Shown: positions 26,146-40,059, counted from the first letter of the stretch. The stretch: 64,000 nucleotides of DNA from Octopus sinensis (GCF_006345805.1 NC_043004.1:38502001-38566000); one strand, 5' to 3'. Program-made: numbers and translations. Notes: generated by a model not told the origin, from the letters alone.

Positions 26146-26627
26146 AACTACAGGCCGGTCATTTTGGACCCCCTTTTATATTCGGCAGATGTAATGGTCT
26201 CTTCTTCGATACACGATTTCAACGATGTTGCGGAACTTATGTTGCTTCGTACCCTCGCATTTGTTGTGGAACAGCAGGTGCTGATCTTTCCACACAACTA
26301 TGCTGCAACAATGTAGCAGTAACAAAAAGTGCAACAGCGACTACTTGTTGTGGAAATACAGCTCTAGATCAAAACACTCAATTATGCTGCAACGGCATTG
26401 CTGTAGCGAAAAGTGCAACAGCGACTACTTGTTGTGGAAATACGGCTATAGATGGTAACACTCAATTATGCTGCAACGGCGTTGCTATAGCGAAAACTGG
26501 AAATCAAATTTGCTGTGGAGGATCTGTTAGAGACCTCTGGTATGGCGGATGTTGTGGTGGAAGGGCCATCCAGTATTTTGGAAGGTTGTGTTGTCTATGG
26601 CCTAACTTCTGGCGATGTCGAGTTTAA
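26146..26627 (+). CDS. Galaxin-like di-cysteine repeat secreted protein, terminal coding exon (paralogue 1)
   Basis: 10 CC dipeptides plus 2 single Cys, with a 28-aa (84-bp) repeat. Branch-like CTGAT and TTTTGCAG acceptor at 26145 (phase 1). AATAAA near 26915 and 27019. The upstream signal-peptide exon was not identified. Confidence 0.8.
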
Positions 26628-27155
26628 TCATAAGTACACATTAGCTCCTCCTGATTCTCGAACGGCTCAATAATTTTATACGACAATGTGGTCGATCTTG
26701 TCTCAACATTTAAATCACATATATTTACATGTATTATATACATTTATCAGTTTTACCATGTTATAAATGATGCTATTATTAATGTATATTTTAAAACGAT
26801 GCACAGCAATTAGTTTTCTTCATGTAAAGTTTCTTTTAACTCCGTTTCACATTAATAGTTTTTTGGGGGTTTTTTTGCTTTATCTTTGGTAGTATCATTC
26901 TACAGAAAATTAAATAAACGAATACCATCGGTAAAATAGGATTTTGCGTGCATTTTTCTTATTTTTTCTTTTGACAAAGGCAAATTCAGTAAAGTCGCTA
27001 ATATGTTATAAGTATTTCAATAAAAACAATTCGACATGTCTCTTAAACAATGTTGTTTTACTTTCCTAAATGCTACACTAATTTCCAATTTAAAAATATT
27101 TGCATGGAACGTAATTTGTATATGTGTATATGATTTGTGTGCGACTGAGTGAAAA

Positions 27156-27188
<33 letters not shown>

Positions 27189-27264
27189 AAGAGAAAGAGC
27201 GAGAGATAGAAAGAGAGAAAGTGAGAGAGAGAAGGAGAGAAAGAGAGAGAGAGTGTGACATGAA

Positions 27265-27700
27265 GTAAGTACCTCTGAGCTGTATCCAAGAGTGATGAGA
27301 GACAGGATCCCGACCTGGATACTGGAATTACAGATGCTGGCACTGCATACGATCCTCATTGAAGAAGAGGTTTCTACAAAAGCCAAACTCGATAGCTTCA
27401 ATTCGATTTTATGCCTATTGTCAATTAAGCTTATAAATATTGAGTACTGAAAGTGTACAATCAAGCACACCTGCGGTTCAAAGGGTCTTCTTCACAAGGA
27501 TCCTAAGAGTAACCTACTCGTCAGGGTGTGTAACACGGAGATCAAGGAAACTTGTCTTCAATAAGCCGCTATTTCACAGCACTGAGAGATCAGAGCTCCA
27601 GTACAGCGGATTTGTGATGAGGATGGTGTGAGAACAAATCGCTAAACCGATACTTCAATCGACCAGGAAATCAAGGATTTGCTTAAGAGCCAGATGGTTT
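27265..27700 (+). mobile_element. Degraded RTE-like LINE C-terminal fragment (mirror at 37850-38285)
   Basis: Frameshifted RILRVT..RVCNTEIK..PLFHSTERSELQYSGFVMRM resembles the RTE C-terminal motif. Confidence 0.55.
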
Positions 27701-27749
27701 AATAATAACAATATTGGTGAGTTACAGACGTTTTGACACTTTCTTCAAA

Positions 27750-28545
27750 GAAACAGATATAACTGTCCTAGATTATCGGATATCATTACTAAAATAAGCT
27801 GACATGCCACCGTTTGTTACAAAATATAAAAGTGATTGTAACGGTACTTGGGACACATTCCAATAAACACTGCTTTTCACAAGTGATCAATGTGAAGAAT
27901 TCACTATGGACGTGAGGTCAACTTACAAGCTCTCCAGTAAATGAACTTGTGTGTTGAATTGGGAAAAAAAAGCCGTAGAGAAATATGAAATTTTATGAAT
28001 TAACTGGTATGTGCCGAACATCTGTTTTTTGCTAGCAGAAGTGGCTAGGTAAAGTAAGTCTAATGGGAGGTTCATGATAATCCGCTTTTCCGACTGTAAC
28101 GGTGCCATCTACATCCACTGGGTTTCTACTGGTCAGACAATCAACAAAATTTACTTTGTGAATGTTTTGAAGGAGTTCCGAGAGAGATATCCTCGGAAGA
28201 GGCTTGAGTATTTACACCAGGACAATGCACCAATTCATAATTCTATCCTGGTTACCAACTACTTGAAAGAAATGAAGACTATTCCTCATACATCCTGCAG
28301 TACAGAACATACTCTTCGAAACCTTTGAATGTTCCCCTAACTGAAACCGACATTGGAGGCTGTGGAAAGTGTTCTGGGCACTTTCCTATTAGAAGAGTTT
28401 TATTACAAGATTTTAATTTTGCTGGAGCGCTACAATAAGTGTCTAGAAAGCAGAGGATCCTACTTGAATGATTAACTCTTTTTCTTTGAAATTACTAGAT
28501 TCTCTTTAGATAAAGTCTCAAGATACCATGAATGAATCTTCATGT
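27750..28545 (+). mobile_element. Degraded mariner-type transposase fragment (mirror at 36995-37780)
   Basis: GAIYIHWVSTGQTINKIYFVNVLKEFRER...HQDNAPIH. Confidence 0.75.
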
Positions 28546-28715
28546 TCTCAGTTTGTCATGCGTAGTAATCCTGCTAGATGCTTTTGATATATAAATTTTT
28601 CCTTTTGTTACATGATTGGCAAATTTGTTTTGAGGAGGTTAAAAATATTTTGGTGATGCGGATTCTGTGTTAAATTAACAAGTGAAAGGAACATGCACAT
28701 CTACTTGTAATTTAT

Positions 28716-28788
<73 letters not shown>

Positions 28789-28806
28789 CAAATATATATA
28801 CATATA

Positions 28807-28844
<38 letters not shown>

Positions 28845-29200
28845 CGTATTTTGTGGCTTTTTCATATATTAATGTATGTGTGTGTGTATATGTATAGGAG
28901 TGTCTGCCTGTGTGATGACGAGCTCAAGATTTCTTCTGTTTTTTCTTTTTCTCTATTTCTTTTCTGATTTATTTATGTATTTGTTTATTGAACGACATAA
29001 CAGACATACTAATTGAATTATTCACGTAATATAATTATGATTCATTCTAGAATAATCCAGAGGTGAAATATATTTATTAAACAATAGCTATATTAAACAT
29101 ATAGGCCTTCGACCTTTGACTAATTTGATAAGTCGCAACTCATGAAACACACAGGCCATCGCCATTTAGTTATTCCTGCTAATTATTAATAAGAATATAC

Positions 29201-29572
29201 AGGCGGATGGCTGTCTGTGAGGTAACAGCTTGCTTACGAGCCCCTGTTCTAGGTTCGGTCCCACTGTGTGGCAGCTTGAGCAGGTATCTTCTGCTTTAGC
29301 CTCGGGCCGACCAAAGCCTCATGAGTGGATTTAGTGGACGGAAACTGAAAGAAGCCCGTCGTATAAGTATATGTTTGTATGTCTGTGTTTGTCCCACCCC
29401 ACCATCGCTTGATAACCGATGCTCGTGGGTCTACGTCCCGTTAGCAGTTCGGCAAAGAAACCGATAGAATAAGTACTGGGCTTACAATGAATAAGCTCGG
29501 GGGTCGAGTTATTCGACTAAAGGCGGAGCGCCAGCATGGCAGCAGTCAAATGGCAGAAAAAAGAGTGAAAGA
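29201..29572 (+). mobile_element. tRNA-SINE family A, diverged
   Basis: Head GGTTCGGTCCC, body and tail are homologous to 7909-8352. Confidence 0.8.
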
Positions 29573-29619
29573 GTATATACCCATATTTCGTGTTCTGCTT
29601 TTCCTGTTTGCATCAACAT

Positions 29620-29775
<156 letters not shown>

Positions 29776-29838
29776 TATATATAATATATATATATATACG
29801 TATGTATGTATACAGGTATATTGGATCGGATCAAAAGC

Positions 29839-30066
29839 GGCGAGCTGGCAGAAACGTTAGCCCGCCGGGCGAAATGCTTAGTGGTATTTCGTCTGCGTTA
29901 CGTTGTGAGTTCAAATTCCGCCGAGGTCGACTTTGCCTTTCATCCTTTCGGGGTCGATAAATTAAGTACCAGTTACGCACTGGGGTCGATGTAATCGACT
30001 TAATACCTATGTCTGTCCTTGTTTGTCCCCTCTGTGTTTAGCCCCTTGTGGGTAATAAAGAAATAG
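29839..30066 (+). mobile_element. tRNA-SINE family C
   Basis: GGCGAGCTGGCAGAAACGTTAGC...GAGTTCAAATTCCGCC...GTAATAAAGAAATA. Confidence 0.8.
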
Positions 30067-30595
30067 GATCTAAACCATGGGGTATCGGGACACTGCAATT
30101 TCGGTGGCCCACTCATACACAAGGATTAAAATCTCGGAAAGTTACCAAATTTAAATCCTAAAAGCGGTCGTTTTCAGAAAAAGTTTAAATAAATGACTGA
30201 AAATATCACTTAATATATACACTTTTCAAAATTCAAATTTCTCTCTTCACACATCCACTATTTTTTCTTTCGTTGTGAAATGTGCAATAAAGGGGTGAGA
30301 CTTCTTTTTTAATGCGAGTTACAAATGTTTCAGAATTTGGAATACACCGAAAGAAAGATAATTACGGAAAAGATTGAAAAATTGTTTTAGCTGTTGTGAG
30401 ATTTAATTTTATAAGGAAATTCAAAATATAAATTCTGGAATATATTCTTTACTTACTTGATTCATAAATTTAGACCAGTTTGTAATGCATCACTAAAATA
30501 ATTAAATTCAGAAATAGCAATATGAGTGTGTGTGTCTGTGTGTGTGTCTTCTGTGTGTGTTTATGTCTGTATATATGCGTGCGTGTGTGTGTGTT

Positions 30596-30629
<34 letters not shown>

Positions 30630-30828
30630 AGTGTGCTTTTAGGTGCATGTAGTCAAGCGAAGGTTATCACTCAGTCATGCGTTGAAAGAAAGAGCTTGAC
30701 CTAGAAACAATAACTTCCTTTTATTAATCACTTTACCTTCATATACATGCCCCTTTTCCACCCTATAAATCCGGCCCTGTACATATGTGTGTGTATGTTT
30801 ATGTGTGTGTACGTTTGTCTGTATAAAA

Positions 30829-30985
30829 GACGGGCTCCTATCAGTTTTCGTCCACCACTTACGAGGCTTTGATCGGCCAGATCTACACTAGAAGACACTT
30901 CCCCAAGTTTTCAAGCAGTGGGAATAAACCCTGAATCATGTTGTTGGGAAGCGAACTTCTTACCACACATTAACGCCTGGGCCTA
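30829..30985 (-). mobile_element. SINE family A head fragment
   Basis: Homologous to the 5' part of the SINE at 8200-8352. Confidence 0.65.
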
Positions 30986-31075
30986 TATATGCGATTTTTG
31001 AAAAAGAAAAAAATTGTTTCGGGGTTTCCTATATTTGTCGTGTTTCTTATAATATTTTATGTTTTTATGGTTTTT

Positions 31076-31119
<44 letters not shown>

Positions 31120-31182
31120 TATCAGTAAAACCCGTCGATACTTTTGCTGCTTATCGGGAGCCATATTGAAAATATTATTATA

Positions 31183-32452
31183 TTGGGTTGGTAACTAAGC
31201 TCCCACCGTTTTTTTATTGCGTTTTTAAATTTTGGAATCTATTTTTTTTTTTGCGAGAATTCTAGTTTTGAATCATTTTGGAATCTACTTGTTTGTATTG
31301 TTTTCTAATTAGTGTTAATTAATTTTTGTTTAAGTTCAGATCATTAAAATGGAAAGTTAAGAAAAACGAGCATTTTCGACACCTTTTTGCTTTTAATCAA
31401 GGTTCTAAGGCCGCAAAAGCTGCTCACGACATTTGTGTTGTGTATAGAGAGGATGCCATAGCTGAAAGAACCGCTCGTGATTGGTATGCCAAGTTCAAAA
31501 ATGGAAATTTTGACCTCAAAGACGCACCTCGTTCTGATCGTCCAGTTGAGTTCGATGAACAGCGATTAAACCAACTTTGGCACGAAAATTCTCGTCAAAC
31601 GACAAGGGAACTGACGGAGAAAATGGAATGCTCCCACACTACTATAGAGAAGCATCTTCACTCGATGGGCAAGGTTCAGAAGTATGGAACATGCTTTAAG
31701 TGACAACAACAAAAATAAACGAGCCACAATCTCCGCTGGTTTGCTTGCTCGTCACCGCTCAACTCATGGAGACAAGCAACGGCTTTTTTTTACCGAATCG
31801 CTACTAGCGACGAAAATGGTGCCTGTACATCAAGTATGAAGCAGCGTAAGGAATGGCTTATCCACGGTAAACAAGCAACGCCGCGCGTGAAACAAGATCT
31901 TCATCCGCGTAAAACGATGTTGTGCATATGGTAGGACTGAGAAGGGATTATCCATTACGAATTGCTTGAACGGAACCAAACGGTCAACGTGGAACTCTAT
32001 GTTCAACAGTTGTAACGACTCAACACGGCTATTCAAGAGAAAATACCTAATCGGCAACATGGAATTCTTCTGCTGCAAGACAACGCCCGCCCCCATATCG
32101 CCAATATGACCAAGAAAACCATTCAAACACATGGCTGGGAAGTGCTGCTACACCTGCCGTACTCTCCTGATTTGGCACCAACGGATTTCCACCTCTTTCG
32201 ATCTCTTTCAAATGCTATGCGCGTAGTTTCGTTATGTACAGATTCAGAATTGAGGGCTTGGTTGGATCAATTTTTCGAGTGGAACTCGGGTGATTTCTAC
32301 CAACGAGGTATTGAAAATATTGTTGAACGTTGGGAAGAAGTTGTAAATAACAACGGTGAATACATTATTGATTAATTAGTTGTTATTTTATTTATTAAAC
32401 CTTTTAAAAAATGTAGATTTAAAAAACGGCGGAAACTTAGTTGCCAACCCAA
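31183..32452 (+). mobile_element. Full-length (1270 bp) defective mariner transposon, DD34D
   Basis: TIRs TTGGGTTGG(T/C)AACTAAG..CCG(C)TTTTTT; TA on both sides; HTH region, DEK-like motif, QDNARPH, PYSPDLAPTDFHLF. Contains stops and frameshifts. Confidence 0.95.
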
Positions 32453-32469
32453 TATGTATAATTTACTCC

Positions 32470-33520
32470 TCCTGTTTTTGTGTATTTTTAAAAAACTGGT
32501 AGTGTCTGTCGTCAGTCTCCTGACATAATATTGTGACATTTCTCATCATGGAATTGCAAATTCTAACGTCTCATAATGCTCTGTCCACAGCTTCAAAAGT
32601 TTTTGTGGGCCATGGTATATCCGTCACAGACTATAAATTGATATATTTCTATGAGTTCACCTATTACAGACTTTTTGTGATATATTACAAACTGGATTTT
32701 CTTTGTTAGGTAAATCTAAAGGTAACTTGAATGCTGAATGAGCAGTTCGAACCCCGGGTAGTAATGTTGCTGCAATTCCAGTAGTAACTGTAGCAAAAGT
32801 TATTTCATTTTCTTGATGAACTTTAGCCAGGAGGATTTTATTTACAAACGCTAGAATATATAAGAAATAAAGACCTCCTGTGTTATTTTTAATACTTTTT
32901 ATGACTGTGGAATATGCACGACGTTGATCATGTAGAAGCTCAGGAAGATTATCATTTATGTACATGATCAGTTCACCCTTATCATAGTAAATTTCTCTCA
33001 TTATTTCAGTGGACAAAATGTTAAGATCCCATCTATTAGTTAGTGGGAGACCTAAATTTTCTATTTGAATCAGAGCCGCATTGTATATTGCATCAGTGAA
33101 ACCAATATCTTGCTCAGGATTATTGATCTGAAGTTGCTGCTTGAAAGTTTCAGCAAGATCATTTCTGAACATATTTCACAGTTGAACAGGACTACTTACT
33201 TCACAAGTTTTCAGTATAATAGCAAACATGTTAAAGTCTTTGGTGTTTTTCATATTGAAGCTTCTTCTAATGGAGATTCCCATTGCTGATCATTTGCAAG
33301 TAAACCTAACATAAAACACGCTTCTCGATATGTTCTGTAAATTTCAACATTAGCTTGTTTCAAACATTCCCATGAAGTTGGTACTCTTTTAACATGAAGA
33401 CGCATTCTGAGATGAAAGCATTCCCTTTGGGTAGGGTGTACAGCATATAACGTACCAATTGTATATACCAACTTAATGCCAGAATGACCTTGAACCTTTG
33501 TACCTATTTTTCGTGTGTTC
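32470..33520 (-). mobile_element. Degraded Helitron Rep/Hel (PIF1 helicase) fragment
   Basis: ECFHLRM..PTSWE.LK...TYREAC.MLGLL.ND.QW and TGIAATLLPGVRTAHSAFKLPL. Walker A is lost. Confidence 0.85.
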
Positions 33521-33546
33521 CATTTATTTTTACTCCACGTGTAATA

Positions 33547-33580
<34 letters not shown>

Positions 33581-34047
33581 GAAGAGGGAGAGAAAGAAAG
33601 AGATAGAGACATAGGGAGAAAGGAAGACAGAAAGAGAGAGAAAGAAAGAAAGAAAGAAAGATAGAAACAAAGAAAGAGAGGGAAATTAGCAGATAGAGAA
33701 GAGAGAAAATCATAGAGAGATGGTAACTGGTTTTAGCTTCACGTTGCGGGACAAAGAGATAGCATCTCTTTGAAGAAGCATGCAAGAGTCTTAGTTTCAC
33801 TTTGCAGAACAAATCAAGAGATAGAATATCTTTGAAGTAGCATGGCAGAGAGACAGACAGGCAGACAGACGGAGAAGATAGAGGGGAGAGAGAATAGAGG
33901 AGACATAGAAAGAAAATCATTGAGAGAGGGTGTCTGGTTTTAGCATCACTTTATAGGACAAACAGACAAACAGACAGAATATCTCTTTTATATATTGTTC
34001 TTTTATATATATGTATATATATATATGTATATGTATATATATATAGG

Positions 34048-34081
<34 letters not shown>

Positions 34082-34114
34082 TAATATATATATATGTATA
34101 TATATATGTATATA

Positions 34115-34186
<72 letters not shown>

Positions 34187-34254
34187 GATATATATATATA
34201 TAATAAAAACTTACTTGGAGAAAAAGAAAACGACGCGTGGCGTTCAATCATATA

Positions 34255-35220
34255 ATAACAATTTAATAAATAAAACATATGCATACCTACATACATATAT
34301 GTACATACCTACATCTATATGTATATATACATGCATATATGAGTACAGGACACCACAAATAAACGTAGAACACAACGAGAAACGAAATATTCGTTAGAAC
34401 GCATTCTGAAGATAGATCGGCTTTTAATCAAACAAGGAAACGGACTTTTTTTAACAACGAAAAAAACAGAGTACAAGACAAACAATACAAGAAATATTAC
34501 CCTTCATCAGCTGCCCCTGTTTCGACTCAATGCGTGTTTCGAAGGTAAGGGGAGAACACGATCCGGCCGAAACAGTCCTTCCTGCAAAATGAATTAAATA
34601 AAATTCTTTTGCAGAGGGGTAAAAAAAGTGACAAGAACAGGACGTAAAAGCAATACAAATGAAGAAAAAAACATTACACATAAAGAATAAAAACAGGACA
34701 AGGAAACCAACAATAAGGGCTTTTTTTAAGCCTAGACGGTGGAAAAATTCGTTAGAACGCATTCTGAAGATCGGCTTGCGGAAGACAGATGAAACCCTTA
34801 TTGTTGGTTTCCTTGTCCTGTTTTTATTCTTTATGTGTACTGTTTTTCTTCATTTGTATTGCTTTTACGTCCTGTTCTTGTCACTTTTTTTTACCCCTCT
34901 GCAAAAGAATTTTATTTAATTCATTTTGCAGGAAGGACTGTTTCGGCCGGATCGTGTTCTGCCCTTACCTTCGAAACACGCATTGAGTCGAAACAGGGGC
35001 AGCTGATGAAGGGTAATATTTCTTGTGTTGTTTGTCTTGTACTCTGTTTTTTTCGTTGTTAAAAAAAGTCCGTTTCCTTGTTTGATTTTATGTTTTCGTT
35101 TCTCGCTGTGTTCTACGTTTATTTGTGGTGTCCTGTACTCATATATGCATGTATATATACATATAGATGTAGGTATGTACATATATGTAGGTATGCATAT
35201 GTTTTATTTATTAAATTGTT

Positions 35221-35222
<2 letters not shown>
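34255..35222. repeat. Near-perfect ~430-bp inverted repeat with a 75-bp spacer, flanked by (TA)n
   Basis: Arms at 34255-34719 and 34795-35222. Confidence 0.95.
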
Positions 35223-35288
<66 letters not shown>

Positions 35289-35420
35289 AAAATAGTAAAG
35301 ATTGAAAAAACGACAGAAGGCTTAAATGTTAAAAAATATATATATTTGCGTCAAAATGTCTGGAGAATATTGGAAACATTTTTTTCCTCTCCTTAAAATG
35401 ACATAATTTTATAATTTTTA

Positions 35421-35459
35421 AAGAAATACCGGTTTCGCAGTTAGCTCTTCAAATTTCTT
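35421..35459 (-). ncRNA. Decayed minimal hammerhead ribozyme
   Basis: On the minus strand: AAGAAAT-TTGAAGA-GCTAACTGC-GAAA-palindrome ACCGGT-ATTTCTT. C3 is changed to U and the H17 nucleotide appears to be missing. Confidence 0.5.
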
Positions 35460-35787
35460 GTGACTTAATGTTTATTTTTAATAACGTAATCCTTGTATTT
35501 TTGCTACGGAGAGTTCTAAATAAGGGAAAGTAGTGAGTGATTTCTTCCGGTGTAAGGGAGATAATCGCTTAGAAAAAATTTTTTTTCCTTTAGTGTGAAT
35601 TTCTCTGTATTATTGAGTTCGGATAGTTGAGTCTGGGTTTGTACTTTTCAATGAAGAATATATATATATTGAATATATATATATATATATATTGAAGGAA
35701 AATTTTTATACATTATATTCAACATAGTGGTGTTTCTGTTTCTTTGATCTATGTTTTGTATTCTAGTGATTTTTCATTTGTTTATAT

Positions 35788-35833
<46 letters not shown>

Positions 35834-36354
35834 ATATCTTACGCAACAGATCTATTCATGGTAATATCAACTTCCTTTTTTCTGGAAGTTACCGTGCATC
35901 TCTAGTCTTAGCTTCATGCCTAATTACGAATATTTTATTTTTTAATTTTGTTCTGTATACTCTAACTATTTCTCCGATACCAAGACTGTGGCTTTGTTGG
36001 TTTGCTTCAAAGAAACCTTTCTTGCCTTGATATATATTTTCCTGTTCGCTCCCTTTCACCTATACCTAATTTCGTTCTTACTCTGTTAATTCACATGTAT
36101 AAACTAGACTCCTGTTTGCCTACTGACAACTAATCGTATTGGTAATTTGACTTAGCTTTTTCGCTCTGCCAGTTTGAAGTGGCCAAATTAGTTAATCACT
36201 CATTTATCTCCTTACGACGATGCAAACAACCAAAGTAAATTGAACCAGAGGGTTAGCTAAACTGCTTTTGTATGTGTTACATGTTATGTAAGACATACAT
36301 TTTATCTTTGAAATATATGCAGTTTGTATTTAACTTTTCCATCTTTTCCATATT

Positions 36355-36588
36355 TCTCTTTTACCTTTTACTTGTTTCAGTCATTTGACGGCGGCCATGC
36401 TGGAGCACCACCTTTAGTTGGAGAAATCGACCCCAGGACTTATTCTTTAGAAGCCTAGTACTTATTCTATCGGTCTCAATTGCCGAATCGCTAAGTTACC
36501 GGGACGTAAACACACTACCATCGGTTGTCAAGTGATGTTGGGGGACAAACACAGACAAACACACACACACACACACACACACACATAA

Positions 36589-36633
<45 letters not shown>

Positions 36634-36793
36634 TATATACAACGGGCTTTTTTCAGTTTCGGTCTACCAAATCCACTCACAAGGATTTGGTCGGCCCGAG
36701 GCTATAGTAGAAGACACACGCCCAAGGTGTCACGCAGTTGAACTGAACACGGAACCATGTGGTTAGTAAGCAAGCTACTTACACACAACCACT
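36355..36793 (-). mobile_element. tRNA-SINE family A, full length
   Basis: Homologous to 7909-8352. Confidence 0.85.
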
Positions 36794-38918
36794 CAAACAT
36801 TTTAAACTTTCATTATCATATATTAACTGCACCTGGTCATCTATACAAGCTGTATACACGCTTGATGTTTATTACCCTCCTCTACCAGGTTCTTTTCGGC
36901 TACCACTACATAGTGGGTTGTACTTTAAAGTGCTTAGGCACCTTCTCCATATATCAAAAGCACCTAGCAGGATTACTACGCGTGACAAACTGAGAACATG
37001 AAGATTTATTCATGGTATCTTGAGACTTTATCTAAAGAGAATCTAGTAATTTCAAAGAAAAAGAGTTAATCATTCAAGTAGGATCCTCTGCTTTCTAGAC
37101 ACTTATTGTAGTGCTCCAGCAAAATTAAAATCTTGTAATAAAACTCTTCTAATATGAAAGTGCCCAGAACACTTTCCAAAGCCTCCAATGTCGGTTTCAG
37201 TTCGGGGAACATTCAAAGGTTTCGAAGAGCATGTTCTGTACTGCAGGATGTATGAGGAATAGTTTTCATGTCCATTTCTTTCAAGTAGTTGGTAACCAGG
37301 ATAGAATTATGAATTGGTGCATTGTCCTGATGTAAATACTCAAGCCTCTTCCGAGAAAATCTCTCTCGGAACTCCTTCAAAACTTTCTCAAAGTAAATTT
37401 TGTTGATTGTCTGACCAGAAGAAACCCAGTGGATGTAGATGGCACCGTTACAGTCGGAAAAGCGGATTATCATGAACCTCCCATTAGACTTACTTTACCT
37501 AGCCACTTCTGCTAGCAAAAAACAGATGTTCGGCACATACCAGTTAATTCATAAAATTTCATATTTCTCTACGGCTTTTTTCCCCCAATTCAACACACAA
37601 GTTCATTTACTGGAGAGCTTGTAAGTTGACCTCACGTCCATAGTGAATTCTTCACAATGATCACTTGTGAAAAGCAGTGTTTAGTGGAATGTGTCCCAAG
37701 TACCGTTACAATCACTTTTATATTTTGTAACAAACGGTGGCATGTCAGCTTATTTTAGTAATGATATACGATAATCTAGGACAGTTATATCTGTTTCTTC
37801 GAAGAAAGTGTCAAAACTTCTGTAACTCACCAATATTGTTATTATTAAACCATCTGGCTCTTAAGCAACTCCTTGATTTCCTGCTCGATTGAAGTATCGG
37901 TTTAACGATTTGTTCTCACACCATCCTCATCACAAATCCGCTGTACTGGAGCTCTGATCTCTCAGTGCTGTGAAATAGCGGCTTATTGAAGACAAGTTTC
38001 CTTGATCTCCGTGTTACACACCCTGACGAGTAGGTTACTCTTAGGATCCTTGTGAAGAAGACCTTTTGAACCGCAGGTGTGCTTGATTGTACACTTTCAG
38101 AACTCAACATTTCTAAGCTTAATTGCCAATAGGCACAAAATCGAATTGAAGTTATCGTGTTTGGTTTTGTAGAAACCTCTTCTTCAATGAGGATCGTATG
38201 CAGTGCCAGCACCTGTAATTCTAGTATCCAGGTCGGGATCCCGTCTCTCATCACTCTTGGATACAGCTCAGAGGTACTTACTACATGTCACACTATCTCT
38301 TTCTCTCGTTCTCTCTCTCACTTTCTCTCTTTCTATCTCTCGCTCATTCTCTTTTTCTCTCTCTCTTTCTCTCTCTCTCTTTCTCTCTCTTTTTTACTCA
38401 ATCGCACACAAATCATATACACATATACAAATTACGTTCCATGCAAAAATTTTTAAATGGAAAATTAGTGTAGCATTTAGGAAAGTAAAACAACATTGTT
38501 TAAGAGACATGTCGAATTGTTTTTATTGAAATACTTATAACATATTAGCGACTTTACTGAATTTGCCTTTGTCAAAAGGAAAAATTAGAAAAATGCACGC
38601 AAAATCCTATTTCACCGATGGTATTCGTTTATTTAAATTTCTGTAGGATGATACTACCAAAGATAAAGCAAAAAAACCCCCAAAAAACTATTAATGTGAA
38701 ACGGAGTTAAAAGAAACTTTACATGAAGAAAACTAATTGCTGTGCATCGTTTTAAAATATACATTAATAATAGCATCATTTATAACATGGTAAAACTGAT
38801 AAATGTATATAATACATGTAAATATATGTGATTTAAATGTTGAGACAAGATCGACCACATTGTCGTATAAAATTATTGAGCCGTTCGAGAATCAGGAGGA
38901 GCTAATGTGTACTTATGA

Positions 38919-39379
38919 TTAAACTCGACATCGCCAGAAGTTAGGCCATAGACAACACAACCTTCCAAAATACTGGATGGCTCTTCCACCACAACATCCG
39001 CCATACCAGAGGTCTCTAACAGATCCTCCACAGCAAATTTGATTTCCAGTTTTCGCTATAGCAACGCCGTTGCAGCATAATTGAGTGTTACCATCTATAG
39101 CTGTATTTCCACAACAAGTAGTCGCTGTTGCACTTTTAGGTACAGCATCGCCGTTGCAGCATAATTGAGTGTTACCATCTATAGCTGTATCTCCACAACA
39201 AGTAGTCGCTGTTGCACTTTTTGTTACTGCTACATTGTTGCAGCATAGTTGTGTGAAACGATTAGCACCTGTTGTTCCACAACAAATGCGAGGGTACGAA
39301 GCAACATAAGTTCCGCAACATCGTTGAAATAGTGGATTGATGAAGGCACAAGGGTGTCCAAAATGATGGGCCTGTAGTT
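38919..39379 (-). CDS. Galaxin-like di-cysteine repeat protein, terminal coding exon (paralogue 2)
   Basis: Mirror of 26146-26627 and 21 nt shorter, with the same 22 Cys and an identical C-terminal 72 aa. Acceptor TTTTGCAG at 39380. Confidence 0.8.
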
Positions 39380-40023
39380 CTGCAAAATAAAAAACAAAAC
39401 ACACAAATCAGGGCATGAAGGAGTATTACAGACAAACACATATATTTTTAAAGGATAAACGTCACTCAAACACCAGCTACGTATCATATAAATAAGTTGT
39501 ATAAAATACTTCGGAAACATATAAAGATATTTTAGTAAAGTAAATTCGCACAAACCAACAGGAAATAAAGGAAAACATGTGTAAGCAACTATGCAATTTA
39601 TAAAGCTGAAATTAGTGAATATTCACTAATTTTCTAACGTAAGTAGTTTTATGTATTAATTCGTCTTTATTCTAGACTATTAACTAACATCTGACATAAA
39701 ATATGTTTTATTATACTAGTATTGAGACTAAATATTTACACTAAATTATTACAAATAATATAATCTCTATAATATTTATTTAGATATATTATAAGATTTT
39801 ACATGTTTCTAATTTAATCGTTAAAATTTCCTTAGGTAGAGCATTTTCAATATATATTTTTAATGTACATTAAGTATTTAATATTTTAAAATATATTTGT
39901 AATTCTTATTTTTAATATAATTTTTAACTTTTACCCGTACATAATTAAATACATAGTGGATTTATGTATTAAGTATAGCCTTAATACACACCCTACCGGT
40001 ACAGATACACGTATATATATATG

Positions 40024-40059
<36 letters not shown>

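Noticed and set aside
34715-34800. Type-III hammerhead using the giant arms as helix III (CTGAAGA...GAAA in the loop)
   Set aside because: U16.1 would be C, and stems I and II do not pair convincingly.
34945-35015. Permuted hammerhead (GAAAC..GTC..CTGATGA)
   Set aside because: Stem I cannot form and helix III is not paired or palindromic.
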